DNA from: a virus
Lineage: Duplodnaviria; Caudoviricetes
Reading direction: 5' to 3' (one strand)
Length of the DNA: 35,576 nucleotides
IMG/VR virus record: IMGVR_UViG_3300044724_007750
Location: 1-35,576 of that record
Each line of letters starts with the position of its first letter. Within the stretch, counting starts at the first letter, position 1. Shown in pieces: positions 16,078 to 25,552 of this stretch. The notes beneath the pieces are model-generated. The model saw nothing but the letters and a program-made list of their open reading frames with translations, was not told the DNA's origin and did no database searches. A program made the translations under genes and the position numbers.

Positions 16078-18927
16078 TTAATAATTATTTCTACAAGGAT
16101 CTAAAAAGACATTCTCATTCCCGATAGATGGAATTAAATCAGACTGACAGCATACAAACTTAGTATCAGCTGAACCTGATCTGCTAAATATAATACAATT
16201 ACATTCTCTATATCTGTATGTATCTCCTCCGTTATAAGGACCACCGGCACTCCAAGCTTCTTCTATATATCTACCTCCACCTGCTGATCCTCTTCTACAG
16301 CCAGGAGTAATACCTGTATTCCAGCTAGATATACCATCATAGGCACAGAGACAACAGTTTCTAAACCATGCCATTTCATGTTTACCATCACCTATACCTG
16401 CTCCCCATATGACTGGTTGGCCTAAATTAGGTAAAGCAGAATATCCTCCTCTAATACACCATGCCTGACCACCACAACCAATGTGGAATCCTGCGTAATA
16501 GTTACCTCCGAATACACTTGATTCTGAATGACAACAATCCGTTGGTGCTGGGTAAAGTATGTGACACCATCTCCAGGAACCGTTACCCCAACATGCAGCT
16601 CTACAACAACACCTCTCTCCTGGATATTGAACTGCTACAGTAGAGTTACCTGATCCTGCACTACATCTTGTTGTATGATTTCCTCCACAAGTATAAAAGG
16701 ATAACCCATCATGTAATAATGTATGAGTAGTACCAGCTGGACTAGTAGGAGTATTACCAGGTATGGTAATTGTATCATATGGACTTCCTCCGTTGAATCC
16801 ACCAAATAAAGCACAACACGGAGAAATATCATTTTGAGACCAGCTTACTCCATTATATTCTTGATTTGCACAACAACGACCACCTTCCCATACTCTTAAA
16901 GCATACTTATGACCTGCTCCATTAGGACAGTACATTGCCGATGGCATATTAGGACCTGTAGCCCAAGCTCCAAGACCCATACATATGTATCCTTTTTGAC
17001 ATCCTTCTTGTTCACAGCACCAATGGTAGTTACAGTTATCAAATCCTACTCTATAATCTGCACACGTACATCCACATTCGTTTCCTCCAAATGTAAAGCT
17101 ACATGCATCTTCTCCAACCATTCCTGGTTTTCTGTCTTTTCTATATAATGTTTGAGTATCAGTATACCATGAAGTTCCGTCGAAATATTCCGAACAGAAA
17201 CAAGTACATAATCCTCCTAAAGCTATACCGGCATTTACTGTTCCGGTTGACCCTGCCAAATATTTTCCAAAATTAGTATTAGGTCCTCCACTCCATACAG
17301 TACCATCATAGTACTCAGTACAAGTAGTAGGTATTCCTGCTGAACCTGTTCCTCCGATTACATAAGCTCCATCTACTGTTCCTATACCTGTCGCGTAACA
17401 GTGTTTATTTGTATAAGCAGCACAAGTAGAAAAACTTGTATAGTTCATTTCTACAGAACAACCTCCGGTACCAAAACAAGCATCACCAACTATAAGGGCT
17501 TCATCTATATCTCCTAAAGCTGTACCTCCCATTAAAGAACCTGAAAGACAATTGTAGGTCCTGATACGGCTCTGAGATATTCCGTCAAAATAAACTAATG
17601 TATTAGCACCACATAATCCACGAGTCATATAAGCTCCATCAGAACGACCCCATCCTACACCATATCTAGAACATGTTGCACTAGATAAGTAGGCATTATA
17701 TCCTCCCAAATTCCATTGTATACCGTTGTAGTTATTAGAAAATCTACAGCAACATCCTCCAACATAAGAAGCAGCGTTAACACCAACACCTAAACTAAGT
17801 CCTTCTTCCTGATAGCAGCATTGCATTGCTGGTCCTGCTCTCCATACTGCTGAGCATATATTTTCAGGTACTTCCAGTAAAGGAAGTTCCATTTTATAAA
17901 CTTCACATTTATGTGTAACTCCACCAAGTTGTAGGAGTCCATTAGCGTCTCCAGCTGTAGCGTGGAATCCTGTATTTGTAGGGTTGTTTGTAGATAAGTT
18001 CCAACCTATACCGTCATAGTGCATTGTATTGCAGCAACAACCTCCATATGCCCAAGCATCATTTGCTGTACCAGACATACCGAAACCACAATCTAATCCG
18101 TATGCTGTAAAGGCTGTTTTAGTCCAAGCTGTTCCATCCCATTCTTCAGTATCACATTGGAAAGCTCTTTCTAGACCCGGACTAGAACAATAACAACAGC
18201 AGTTAGCGCATAAAGCTACACAACATCCTCCTGTAACTACAGCGGCATTTTCTGTTCCTGCCCCTTTAGCTCTTTTTCTAGCACAGTTCATGTTAGCTTG
18301 AGTAGTCCAAGTAGCACCGTCGTATGTTTCTGTTCTACAGAAACCACAAGTAGCGCCAGGTACATCACAGCAGCATGCTCCAAATACTAATGCCGAATCT
18401 CCTTGACCTACTACATCATGACATCTGTGAACGTAATTAGTATTTCCTGAACAGTACCAGGTTAATCCATCATATCGTTCAGTATCGGTGTTTACACAGG
18501 CAGTATTATCACAAGCACACCATCCCATAAATAGTGTGTTATCTTGAGTACCAGTCATACCCCCGTAGTATCTGTTACCTAAATGACTATTAGCAGTTGA
18601 CCAAGATGTTCCATCAAATTGTTCTGTACATAAACATACACCGCTAGGAGTACATCCAGGTATATAGAGCGTGGCATTTGTTGTCCCAGATGCCATACTA
18701 CATTGTCCGAATTGTGTAGTGTTAACTCCTGCTGACCACACCGGAGCCCATGATCCAGTTTGATTAAATCTTAAACTGGCTGCGTGGGATCTACCTCCTA
18801 CAGACCAGTACATATTGTTAGGGGTGTCTAATGGTGGTATATACTTATCAGTTCTAAGATCAGGAAGTTGAAATACACCTGAAACGCTTAGTGAACCTGA
18901 TACTGTGAGTGATTGTAAATTTGCCAT
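16078..18927 (-). CDS. Cys-rich Kelch-like beta-propeller repeat protein, 18 blades (putative virion fibre/appendage)
   Basis: About 45-aa repeats of G...GT...hhhGG...E.(Y/F/W)(D/N)G..W, with linkers after blades 6 and 12. About 79 Cys in 949 aa by hand count. Confidence 0.85.
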   Translation of the reverse strand: MANLQSLTVSGSLSVSGVFQLPDLRTDKYIPPLDTPNNMYWSVGGRSHAASLRFNQTGSWAPVWSAGVNTTQFGQCSMASGTTNATLYIPGCTPSGVCLCTEQFDGTSWSTANSHLGNRYYGGMTGTQDNTLFMGWCACDNTACVNTDTERYDGLTWYCSGNTNYVHRCHDVVGQGDSALVFGACCCDVPGATCGFCRTETYDGATWTTQANMNCARKRAKGAGTENAAVVTGGCCVALCANCCCYCSSPGLERAFQCDTEEWDGTAWTKTAFTAYGLDCGFGMSGTANDAWAYGGCCCNTMHYDGIGWNLSTNNPTNTGFHATAGDANGLLQLGGVTHKCEVYKMELPLLEVPENICSAVWRAGPAMQCCYQEEGLSLGVGVNAASYVGGCCCRFSNNYNGIQWNLGGYNAYLSSATCSRYGVGWGRSDGAYMTRGLCGANTLVYFDGISQSRIRTYNCLSGSLMGGTALGDIDEALIVGDACFGTGGCSVEMNYTSFSTCAAYTNKHCYATGIGTVDGAYVIGGTGSAGIPTTCTEYYDGTVWSGGPNTNFGKYLAGSTGTVNAGIALGGLCTCFCSEYFDGTSWYTDTQTLYRKDRKPGMVGEDACSFTFGGNECGCTCADYRVGFDNCNYHWCCEQEGCQKGYICMGLGAWATGPNMPSAMYCPNGAGHKYALRVWEGGRCCANQEYNGVSWSQNDISPCCALFGGFNGGSPYDTITIPGNTPTSPAGTTHTLLHDGLSFYTCGGNHTTRCSAGSGNSTVAVQYPGERCCCRAACWGNGSWRWCHILYPAPTDCCHSESSVFGGNYYAGFHIGCGGQAWCIRGGYSALPNLGQPVIWGAGIGDGKHEMAWFRNCCLCAYDGISSWNTGITPGCRRGSAGGGRYIEEAWSAGGPYNGGDTYRYRECNCIIFSRSGSADTKFVCCQSDLIPSIGNENVFLDPCRNNY

Positions 18928-18934
18928 TTAAATG

Positions 18935-18951
18935 CTTTGTTATAAATATCT
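18935..18951 (-). promoter_or_regulatory. class 2 element, 17-bp copy AGATATTTATAACAAAG
   Basis: Identical to 25345-25361. Both precede propeller genes. Confidence 0.7.
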
Positions 18952-21900
18952 TAGTTTATACTACCTACTCGAAATGATGTGCCTATAGAGTTAGGATAGT
19001 CAGTTGGACCGTACTGTTGCATTTGAGCACAACTACCTGTTGGGTAAGCACATCCTCCAAATACTATTCCTGAGCTGTTATTAGAACCGGCTGCTGCTGT
19101 ACAAGGTATACCGCACATAGTTGTGTAGTTAGCAAATTTACCTCCTAAACTATATGTTAACCCATCATATTCTTCAGCACAACAGCTACATCCTCCGACT
19201 ACTACACCTGAATTTGCTGTACCCCAAGCTGCTGCTCTAAATCTTTGACACTGTAAGTTACTAACATCTCTTGACCAAACTGATCCGTTCCAAAATTCGT
19301 TAATACAGTTACTTGGATCCCCTCCTATCGCATGAGCAGCGTTGTAAGATCCAAAGGATCCGAAACATCTATGCCGACATAACATCTGTGATTCAAAAGC
19401 CCAAGCTTTTGGAGTAGAACATTCAGAATAGAATTCAGTAGCACAGAAACAACATCCTCCAAATACAATACCGTCGGTACTATCATTACCAGTACCGTGT
19501 TGACAAGAACAGAAATTACAAGATGATCTTGCTCCAGCACCCCATGCTATCCCATCGTACTCTTGTGCACATTTACATGTAGTATTACCTCCAAATCCTA
19601 CTGCTGAATTGGTAGTACCTGCTAAAACTATACTGGCAGCTTTACAATATAACTCTGGTCCTGTAGACCAAGAGGTACCGTTATATTCCATAGTTTTACA
19701 GCACATTGGATTTAAATCACCACCGATAGCGATAGTAGCATTTACTATACCAGATGCACCACCACACCTAAACGTATAAGGAGTACATTGTGTTAAAGTC
19801 CAAGCTGAACCGTCCCATTCTTCAGTATGTGTACCATTACATCCTTGAACACAACCAGCAAAAGTTACTGATGAGTTACTAGATGCACCTGTAGTACCGT
19901 GGTTACATTTTTTATATGTCATTGATGTACTACTAGTCCAAGATGTACCGTCCCAAGTTTCTACACAGTTAACACATCCGTTAGGAGTAAAACATCCACC
20001 GGTTGTTATAGCGTCATTTACCGTTCCATTCCCTTGATTATGGTAATAACAGTTATTAGTAGCTGCAACACACGACCAAGAAGAACCATTGTATTCTTGT
20101 GTAGCAGTACCTAATCCTACAGATAATACTGCATTGGTTGTACCTGTTCCGAAACCTGCACAGGCACATTGAGGTAAATTAGGACCCGAAGAGAAAGTAC
20201 TATAAAAGCCTGCAGAACCATAAGATAAAGTACAACAGTCATTTGATCGGTTATCTCGACCTCCGTAAATTACAGCACAATCTTGATCTCCCGCTGCTGA
20301 ATGGTTATAAACACTAATTGGTACAATAGTACCTGTTGACCAAGAAGTACCATTATAGCACTCTACACAGTCGTAGCAATCTCCAGCAGTATGTAAACCT
20401 GCAAATATTATTCCTGCATTTTGAGTACCTACTCCATAAGATTCTTGTTTACCTAATATTAAAGACGTACCAGCTGACCAAGAACTTCCATCCCAATCAA
20501 ATAAATTAGTAGTACATCCAGTAGGAACATTTCCTCCAGCACTTACTGCTGCGTCAGTAACTCCCCAACCCATATGAATTTTCTGAGCTTGAGGAACGTT
20601 AGGTAAAGCAGTCCATATATTTTTACTATAAGAACAACATACATGCTGGTCTCTTATATACAGTTCAGAACACTCACATGCTATGTAAGTACCTCTTCCA
20701 CATCCTCCAACTGCTAAAGCACGATCTTGAGTTCCTGTACCACCCAAACAAGTTCTAGCTATGTTCATACCAGGGACAACTGACCAAGCTTGGCCGTCGT
20801 ATTCCTCAGTCCAAGGAACAGCACAAGTAACTCCACAAACTCCTGCATACTCTCCACCGAATATCAATCCAGCTGTACCACTACCAGCTCCTGCACCTTT
20901 ACATCTAGGTTGAGTTACATTACCTCCTAGAGTCCATGTAGTTCCATCAAAAGTTTCTGAATTACAATGTAGACAGCAGTTATCACAAGCACAGTTACAG
21001 TATTGTCCTGTTGCAGCGAATGCATCACAATTACTGTTAGCACTTCCAGCTCCATCTAGCCTTCTAATATTCATATTAGGTCCAGTAGTCCATGAATGTG
21101 TTATCGTACATAATTCACAGTACTCTAAAGTACAGTTAGTAGACCCATGAGTTACCAAAGTTCTATTATTACCAGAGACGTTTCTTCCTCCACCTGATGC
21201 TGGTCTACATGCTTTATGATAAGGTAGGTTTCCTTCTGATTTAAGAGTTATTCCATCCCAACCTTCAGTAGTATATACTACCTGTTCTGAACCATCTTGA
21301 TGACAAGTACAGTTACCTCCTATTACTAAAGCGTTATTTTGAGTACCGTTACCTGCACTATTATATTTTTTAAATAATACATTTCCTACTTCTGACCATG
21401 TAGTCCCGTCCCAGGAATGTATCAAACAGTTATGATCTCCTCTTCTTTGTTGACCACCATCATCATCTGTCCAAGTTGCTGGGCAATTGTTTAGTCCACC
21501 GATTGAAATAGCCGCTGATGAGTTACCAGCAAATCCTCCTGACATATTACAGTATGGAAATTCAGCTACACAACTCCATGCAGAACCGTCAAAACATAAA
21601 GTTGCATTACCGTTACAGTTACCGTGCCATAGTAGTACATCATCATGATCACATGAGGTACCCACCATTGCATGTTTACATTTGTATATAGGAGTATTAG
21701 CACCATAAGAAGTATATGCAATTCCATCATATCTAGCTACACAGTTAGCATTAGGAACACCTCCTTGAAGCATAGCAGAGTTTTGAGTTCCTACCATTCC
21801 TCCTCCACAGAAGTGTCGAGGAGTAGTTGCACCAGTATTCCAACTACTTCCGTTGTATTCATTAGTACAACAGTAATTTCCTCCAGCTGCTACATAAGCA

Positions 21901-23483
21901 GTTTCAGTTCCTGTTCCTTGAGTACAGCACATTGCATTAGGAGATCCTCCTATGTTACTCCAAGTACCTACTCTAATAGTTGAAGGATAACTTCCATAAT
22001 AATGAGTTCTAAGTGATCCTTGATCACCTTGATCACATTTTCTAGCACATTCTCCTCCTCCAAAGTATATTCCATTATCTTGACTACCTCCTGCTCCAGC
22101 GTTGTACATTGGGTAAATATTATAATCACCACACGCCCAGGCTGTTCCATCCCAAAGGTTGGTATATATCCCGTAGAAACAATTTTTCCCTCCTGTTAAA
22201 ATACCGGCATTATCTGTACCAAGTCCAGAAGAACAACATGCTTGTGACCAGCTTCCTGGTAAAGTGCTACAAGTGTTCCAAGTGTTACCATCAAATCTCT
22301 GAGTGTAATTACCAGAACAACCTAAGGTCATTGCTCCATAAGCATCTCCTGTTACTCCATAAGAACAACATGAACAATAAGGCATTGTTCCAGCCCGTTC
22401 CCAAACTCCATGGGTAAACGGTTTATCATATGCATATTCATGGACTTCTGTACAATCTAGTCGTCTGGATTGAGTACTAACACAGTTGTAGTAACATCCT
22501 CCCATAGACCAGGCATTATCAGTATTCCCTATAACTCCAAAGTTAAAGCCAGGGTAATTTTTATTAGCTCCCCATATCCAAGTACATCCAGTAAATTCTA
22601 AACTTTTATTTCTCCAAACTTCAGTTGGTGCATTACCTATTACTCCTCCAAACACAATAGCATTGTCAGGACATCCAGCATCACCGAATTTAGATATAGT
22701 TTCAATCATATTACTGGCTGTCTGCCAAGTAGTTCCATCGTATTTATAAGTTTCCGGTCTTTTACAGACGGTAGCCGTTGGTGGTGTTCCTGCACAGCAT
22801 TCTCCTCCGGCATAGTACATGTCATTCGCAATACCTCCAAATGCTCCAAATCTTCTGCAACTAGGAAGAGTGGGTAATTCTGACCAAGTAGTTCCGTCAT
22901 AAGTCTGAACACAAGTAGTAGTACAGGCTGGTGCTGTTCCTTCTCCACCTGCAAGTATAGCTGCGTTATAAGTTCCTGTACCTTTCACTCCACATCCCAT
23001 ACAGTATGGAAGCTGTGTATCATAAGACCAACCAGCTCCGTTATATACTTGATTCAGACATCGGTTAGGATATCCTCCCATAACTCTGGTAGCATTTTGT
23101 GTTCCAGCAGCTGCTCCAAAGCAAATACAGCATAAAGTATTACCTCCATCTGTGAATACTACTCCATCAAATTCATCTGTTTTACACGGCTGACATTGTC
23201 CTCCTGTTAATAGACCTTGTGTGTTAGTACCGCTTCCTTGACTTCCAAATTTTTGTGCGTCTAATTGAGGACCTGTTCTCCAAGCACCTACTCTTCTAGG
23301 AGCTCCTTGAAGAGAATATCTTACCTGAACATTAGTACTGTCGTACCAAATCTGAAAGCCGTCTCCTGCTGTAGGAGTATTACCAGAGTATATAGGAAGC
23401 TGTATAGGTGCACTATTGTCCGTAACTAATGAACCTGTTACAACTGCTGATCCCGATATACTAGAAGCCTGAAGTATTGCCAT
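18951..23483 (-). CDS. Cys-rich Kelch-like beta-propeller repeat protein, 30 blades (putative virion fibre/appendage)
   Basis: 30 repeats by manual parsing, with linkers after blades 6, 9, 15, 18, 21 and 27. About 108 Cys in 1510 aa by hand count. Confidence 0.85.
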   Translation of the reverse strand: MAILQASSISGSAVVTGSLVTDNSAPIQLPIYSGNTPTAGDGFQIWYDSTNVQVRYSLQGAPRRVGAWRTGPQLDAQKFGSQGSGTNTQGLLTGGQCQPCKTDEFDGVVFTDGGNTLCCICFGAAAGTQNATRVMGGYPNRCLNQVYNGAGWSYDTQLPYCMGCGVKGTGTYNAAILAGGEGTAPACTTTCVQTYDGTTWSELPTLPSCRRFGAFGGIANDMYYAGGECCAGTPPTATVCKRPETYKYDGTTWQTASNMIETISKFGDAGCPDNAIVFGGVIGNAPTEVWRNKSLEFTGCTWIWGANKNYPGFNFGVIGNTDNAWSMGGCYYNCVSTQSRRLDCTEVHEYAYDKPFTHGVWERAGTMPYCSCCSYGVTGDAYGAMTLGCSGNYTQRFDGNTWNTCSTLPGSWSQACCSSGLGTDNAGILTGGKNCFYGIYTNLWDGTAWACGDYNIYPMYNAGAGGSQDNGIYFGGGECARKCDQGDQGSLRTHYYGSYPSTIRVGTWSNIGGSPNAMCCTQGTGTETAYVAAGGNYCCTNEYNGSSWNTGATTPRHFCGGGMVGTQNSAMLQGGVPNANCVARYDGIAYTSYGANTPIYKCKHAMVGTSCDHDDVLLWHGNCNGNATLCFDGSAWSCVAEFPYCNMSGGFAGNSSAAISIGGLNNCPATWTDDDGGQQRRGDHNCLIHSWDGTTWSEVGNVLFKKYNSAGNGTQNNALVIGGNCTCHQDGSEQVVYTTEGWDGITLKSEGNLPYHKACRPASGGGRNVSGNNRTLVTHGSTNCTLEYCELCTITHSWTTGPNMNIRRLDGAGSANSNCDAFAATGQYCNCACDNCCLHCNSETFDGTTWTLGGNVTQPRCKGAGAGSGTAGLIFGGEYAGVCGVTCAVPWTEEYDGQAWSVVPGMNIARTCLGGTGTQDRALAVGGCGRGTYIACECSELYIRDQHVCCSYSKNIWTALPNVPQAQKIHMGWGVTDAAVSAGGNVPTGCTTNLFDWDGSSWSAGTSLILGKQESYGVGTQNAGIIFAGLHTAGDCYDCVECYNGTSWSTGTIVPISVYNHSAAGDQDCAVIYGGRDNRSNDCCTLSYGSAGFYSTFSSGPNLPQCACAGFGTGTTNAVLSVGLGTATQEYNGSSWSCVAATNNCYYHNQGNGTVNDAITTGGCFTPNGCVNCVETWDGTSWTSSTSMTYKKCNHGTTGASSNSSVTFAGCVQGCNGTHTEEWDGSAWTLTQCTPYTFRCGGASGIVNATIAIGGDLNPMCCKTMEYNGTSWSTGPELYCKAASIVLAGTTNSAVGFGGNTTCKCAQEYDGIAWGAGARSSCNFCSCQHGTGNDSTDGIVFGGCCFCATEFYSECSTPKAWAFESQMLCRHRCFGSFGSYNAAHAIGGDPSNCINEFWNGSVWSRDVSNLQCQRFRAAAWGTANSGVVVGGCSCCAEEYDGLTYSLGGKFANYTTMCGIPCTAAAGSNNSSGIVFGGCAYPTGSCAQMQQYGPTDYPNSIGTSFRVGSIN

Positions 23484-23493
23484 TTATCTTATA

Positions 23494-25329
23494 TTATAAT
23501 TTATTTTCTATTGTGTTAACTCTAAACAAATCAACATCAGATAGTGTTCCATATTTTTCTGTCTGAGTAAGGAAGCATACACATCCTCTATTACATCCTC
23601 TTGCTGCCATAGCTGATACTCCATTACCTGCTCCTTCAAATTTAAATCGAGTTGACAGTGTGTTTATTCCAGTTGACCAAGAAGCTCCATCATATTCTTC
23701 CGAACAGCTTTGCATATGAATACTACATCCTCCGAAAGCAACAGCCTCGTCTTGGTTAGTAGCGGCTCCTCCGTGATCTTTCCTACAGAAATTTAATGCA
23801 CCACCGGTTGCCCAAGATGTCCCATCCCATTCGTTAGTACAACAACAGGTAGTTGCTCCTGGAGCACATCCTCCAAATAATATTGCAGTGTTTTGAGTAC
23901 CTCCTCCAGCATGTCTACAAAAACAAAATGTAGAATCAGTTCCTGCTGACCAGGTTGTTCCATCATATAAGGTTACACATTTCCAACATGTACCTCCAGA
24001 AAGGAATGCTGCATTTTGTGTTCCTAACATAACGTGGTTCCGTTTGTTTGTAGGAAGAGCTGTTTCTGTAGCCCATGTAGAACCGTTCCATGATTCAGAA
24101 CAGCAACAAGTACCACCATTAAAGTATCCTCCTGCTATTAAAAAAGCAGAAGTTGTTCCAGTACTTGCTGTTTCACATTTGTCGTATATTATTTGTGATT
24201 GAGCTGTCCAAGTTGTTCCATCATATTCTTCAGAACATCTTTGTGGAGTATTAGAAGCATCTCTTCCAGTTACTGATAATACTGAATCACTGTTAGGACC
24301 TGATGTCGCTCCAACAAATAATGGATTACTAATATTAGCAGCTTGACTCCAAAACTTATAACGGTTAACATACTGAGCTTCAAATTCCATTGTAGTACTA
24401 GTACACCCACAAGTTCCCCGGCCGCTCCATGCTGAAGCTACACTTCCTCCTGTTGCTCCCCTTACCTGAGTTTGAGGCATTTGAGCCTCCATAGCCCATG
24501 TAGAACCGTTCCATGATTCTGCTTTATTACAACAACATGTACCCCCTGTAATTAAAAATGTTGTACTGTCTCCTCCTCCTCCTGGGTAGGCTCTGTTAAT
24601 ATTTAAACAATTTTCTTGTGTCCATGCAATTGCGTCATAAGTACACGTACTAAAGCAGGTTGCTTCTCCACCGGCAGCTATTGCGCTTCCGTCTGTTGCT
24701 CGTCCAGCTCCTGCAAAACGATAGAAACAGTTAGCCATAGCAGGGCCTGAAGCCCAAGTAGTACCGTTAAATTCTTCTGTTAAACAGCAAGAAGGAAGAC
24801 CCCCGAAAAATGTTGCTGAGTTGGATGTTCCTGATAATCCTCCATCTGCTCTTACTTGAATAATATCAGGTTGTTTTGTCCAGGTACTACAGTCATAAGT
24901 GAAAAAACATGCCATAACTTGACCTACTGTACATCCTCCGATAGATAATGTATCTGTTGCAGTTCCATCACCCGCATGACAGAAAAAACATATTGGACTA
25001 TTATTACCTGATGACCAAGATGTACCGTCATAGTGTTCAACACAGCTGTAACAAGCACAACCATCTGATCTTCCTCCCCAAACTATTCCTGAGTTAGCAG
25101 TCCCTGATCCTTTATAATCATATCTACATCTTAGAAGAGAAAAGTCACTAGTAGTCCATGTTGATTGCCCAAAAGAAAGGGCACTTGTAAACTTTATTGA
25201 GTTATTAGTTGGGTCTACCCACATTAGTCCTTCTGATCCTGTATCAGGATTAGAAACGTATGGTACGGTAAAAGTAGAACCCGAAACTGATAAAGAACCA
25301 GTAATCGATGTAGATTGTAATATAGCCAT
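23494..25329 (-). CDS. Cys-rich Kelch-like beta-propeller repeat protein, 12 blades (putative virion fibre/appendage)
   Basis: 12 repeats with a linker after blade 6. About 39 Cys in 611 aa by hand count. Confidence 0.85.
   Translation of the reverse strand: MAILQSTSITGSLSVSGSTFTVPYVSNPDTGSEGLMWVDPTNNSIKFTSALSFGQSTWTTSDFSLLRCRYDYKGSGTANSGIVWGGRSDGCACYSCVEHYDGTSWSSGNNSPICFFCHAGDGTATDTLSIGGCTVGQVMACFFTYDCSTWTKQPDIIQVRADGGLSGTSNSATFFGGLPSCCLTEEFNGTTWASGPAMANCFYRFAGAGRATDGSAIAAGGEATCFSTCTYDAIAWTQENCLNINRAYPGGGGDSTTFLITGGTCCCNKAESWNGSTWAMEAQMPQTQVRGATGGSVASAWSGRGTCGCTSTTMEFEAQYVNRYKFWSQAANISNPLFVGATSGPNSDSVLSVTGRDASNTPQRCSEEYDGTTWTAQSQIIYDKCETASTGTTSAFLIAGGYFNGGTCCCSESWNGSTWATETALPTNKRNHVMLGTQNAAFLSGGTCWKCVTLYDGTTWSAGTDSTFCFCRHAGGGTQNTAILFGGCAPGATTCCCTNEWDGTSWATGGALNFCRKDHGGAATNQDEAVAFGGCSIHMQSCSEEYDGASWSTGINTLSTRFKFEGAGNGVSAMAARGCNRGCVCFLTQTEKYGTLSDVDLFRVNTIENKL
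24069..24519. repeat. 28-bp exact direct repeat (24069-24096 and 24492-24519)
   Basis: tagcccatgtagaaccgttccatgattc occurs twice, encoding ESWNGSTWA in two blades. Confidence 0.85.
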
Positions 25330-25344
25330 AATAAGTTGTACGTA

Positions 25345-25361
25345 CTTTGTTATAAATATCT
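25345..25361 (-). promoter_or_regulatory. class 2 element, 17-bp copy AGATATTTATAACAAAG
   Basis: Identical to 18935-18951, 15 nt upstream of the ATG at 25329. Confidence 0.7.
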
Positions 25362-25378
25362 AACAAAAGAAAAGAACT

Positions 25379-25552
25379 TTAACTAAAAAGCATTTGTTTT
25401 GATTTACTAGAACCTTCTTCTAAAATAGCATGGCTTTTAATTGCTCTATTTCGACACCATTGCTGAATAGACCACTCAAGCCTATCTGTAGTTAATTCAA
25501 TTTCTTCTACTTTTCCGTCAAGATGGGTGAATTCAATCAAATAAGTTTTCAT
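25379..25552 (-). CDS. hypothetical protein (57 aa)
   Basis: Not in the ORF track. MKTYLIEFTHLDGKVEEIELTTDRLEWSIQQWCRNRAIKSHAILEEGSSKSKQMLFS*. Overlaps the GT2 3' end by 20 nt and fills the gap. Confidence 0.75.
   Translation of the reverse strand: MKTYLIEFTHLDGKVEEIELTTDRLEWSIQQWCRNRAIKSHAILEEGSSKSKQMLFS

Noticed and set aside
16078-25329. Diversity-generating retroelement acting on the repeat proteins
   Set aside because: There is no reverse transcriptase in the window, and I saw no long near-identical repeat pair with adenine-specific mismatches.
16078-25329. Cys excess as an artefact of codon reassignment
   Set aside because: TGT/TGC encode expected cysteines elsewhere (ThyA PPCH, CxxC fingers). 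Genes tile cleanly under the standard code, with TAA, TAG and TGA all used as stops.
16078-25329. Higher GC as a foreign or eukaryotic island
   Set aside because: It is explained by Gly/Ala/Thr/Cys-rich composition. Third positions remain mostly A/T, there are no introns or signal peptides, and the genes share regulatory motifs with the rest of the window.
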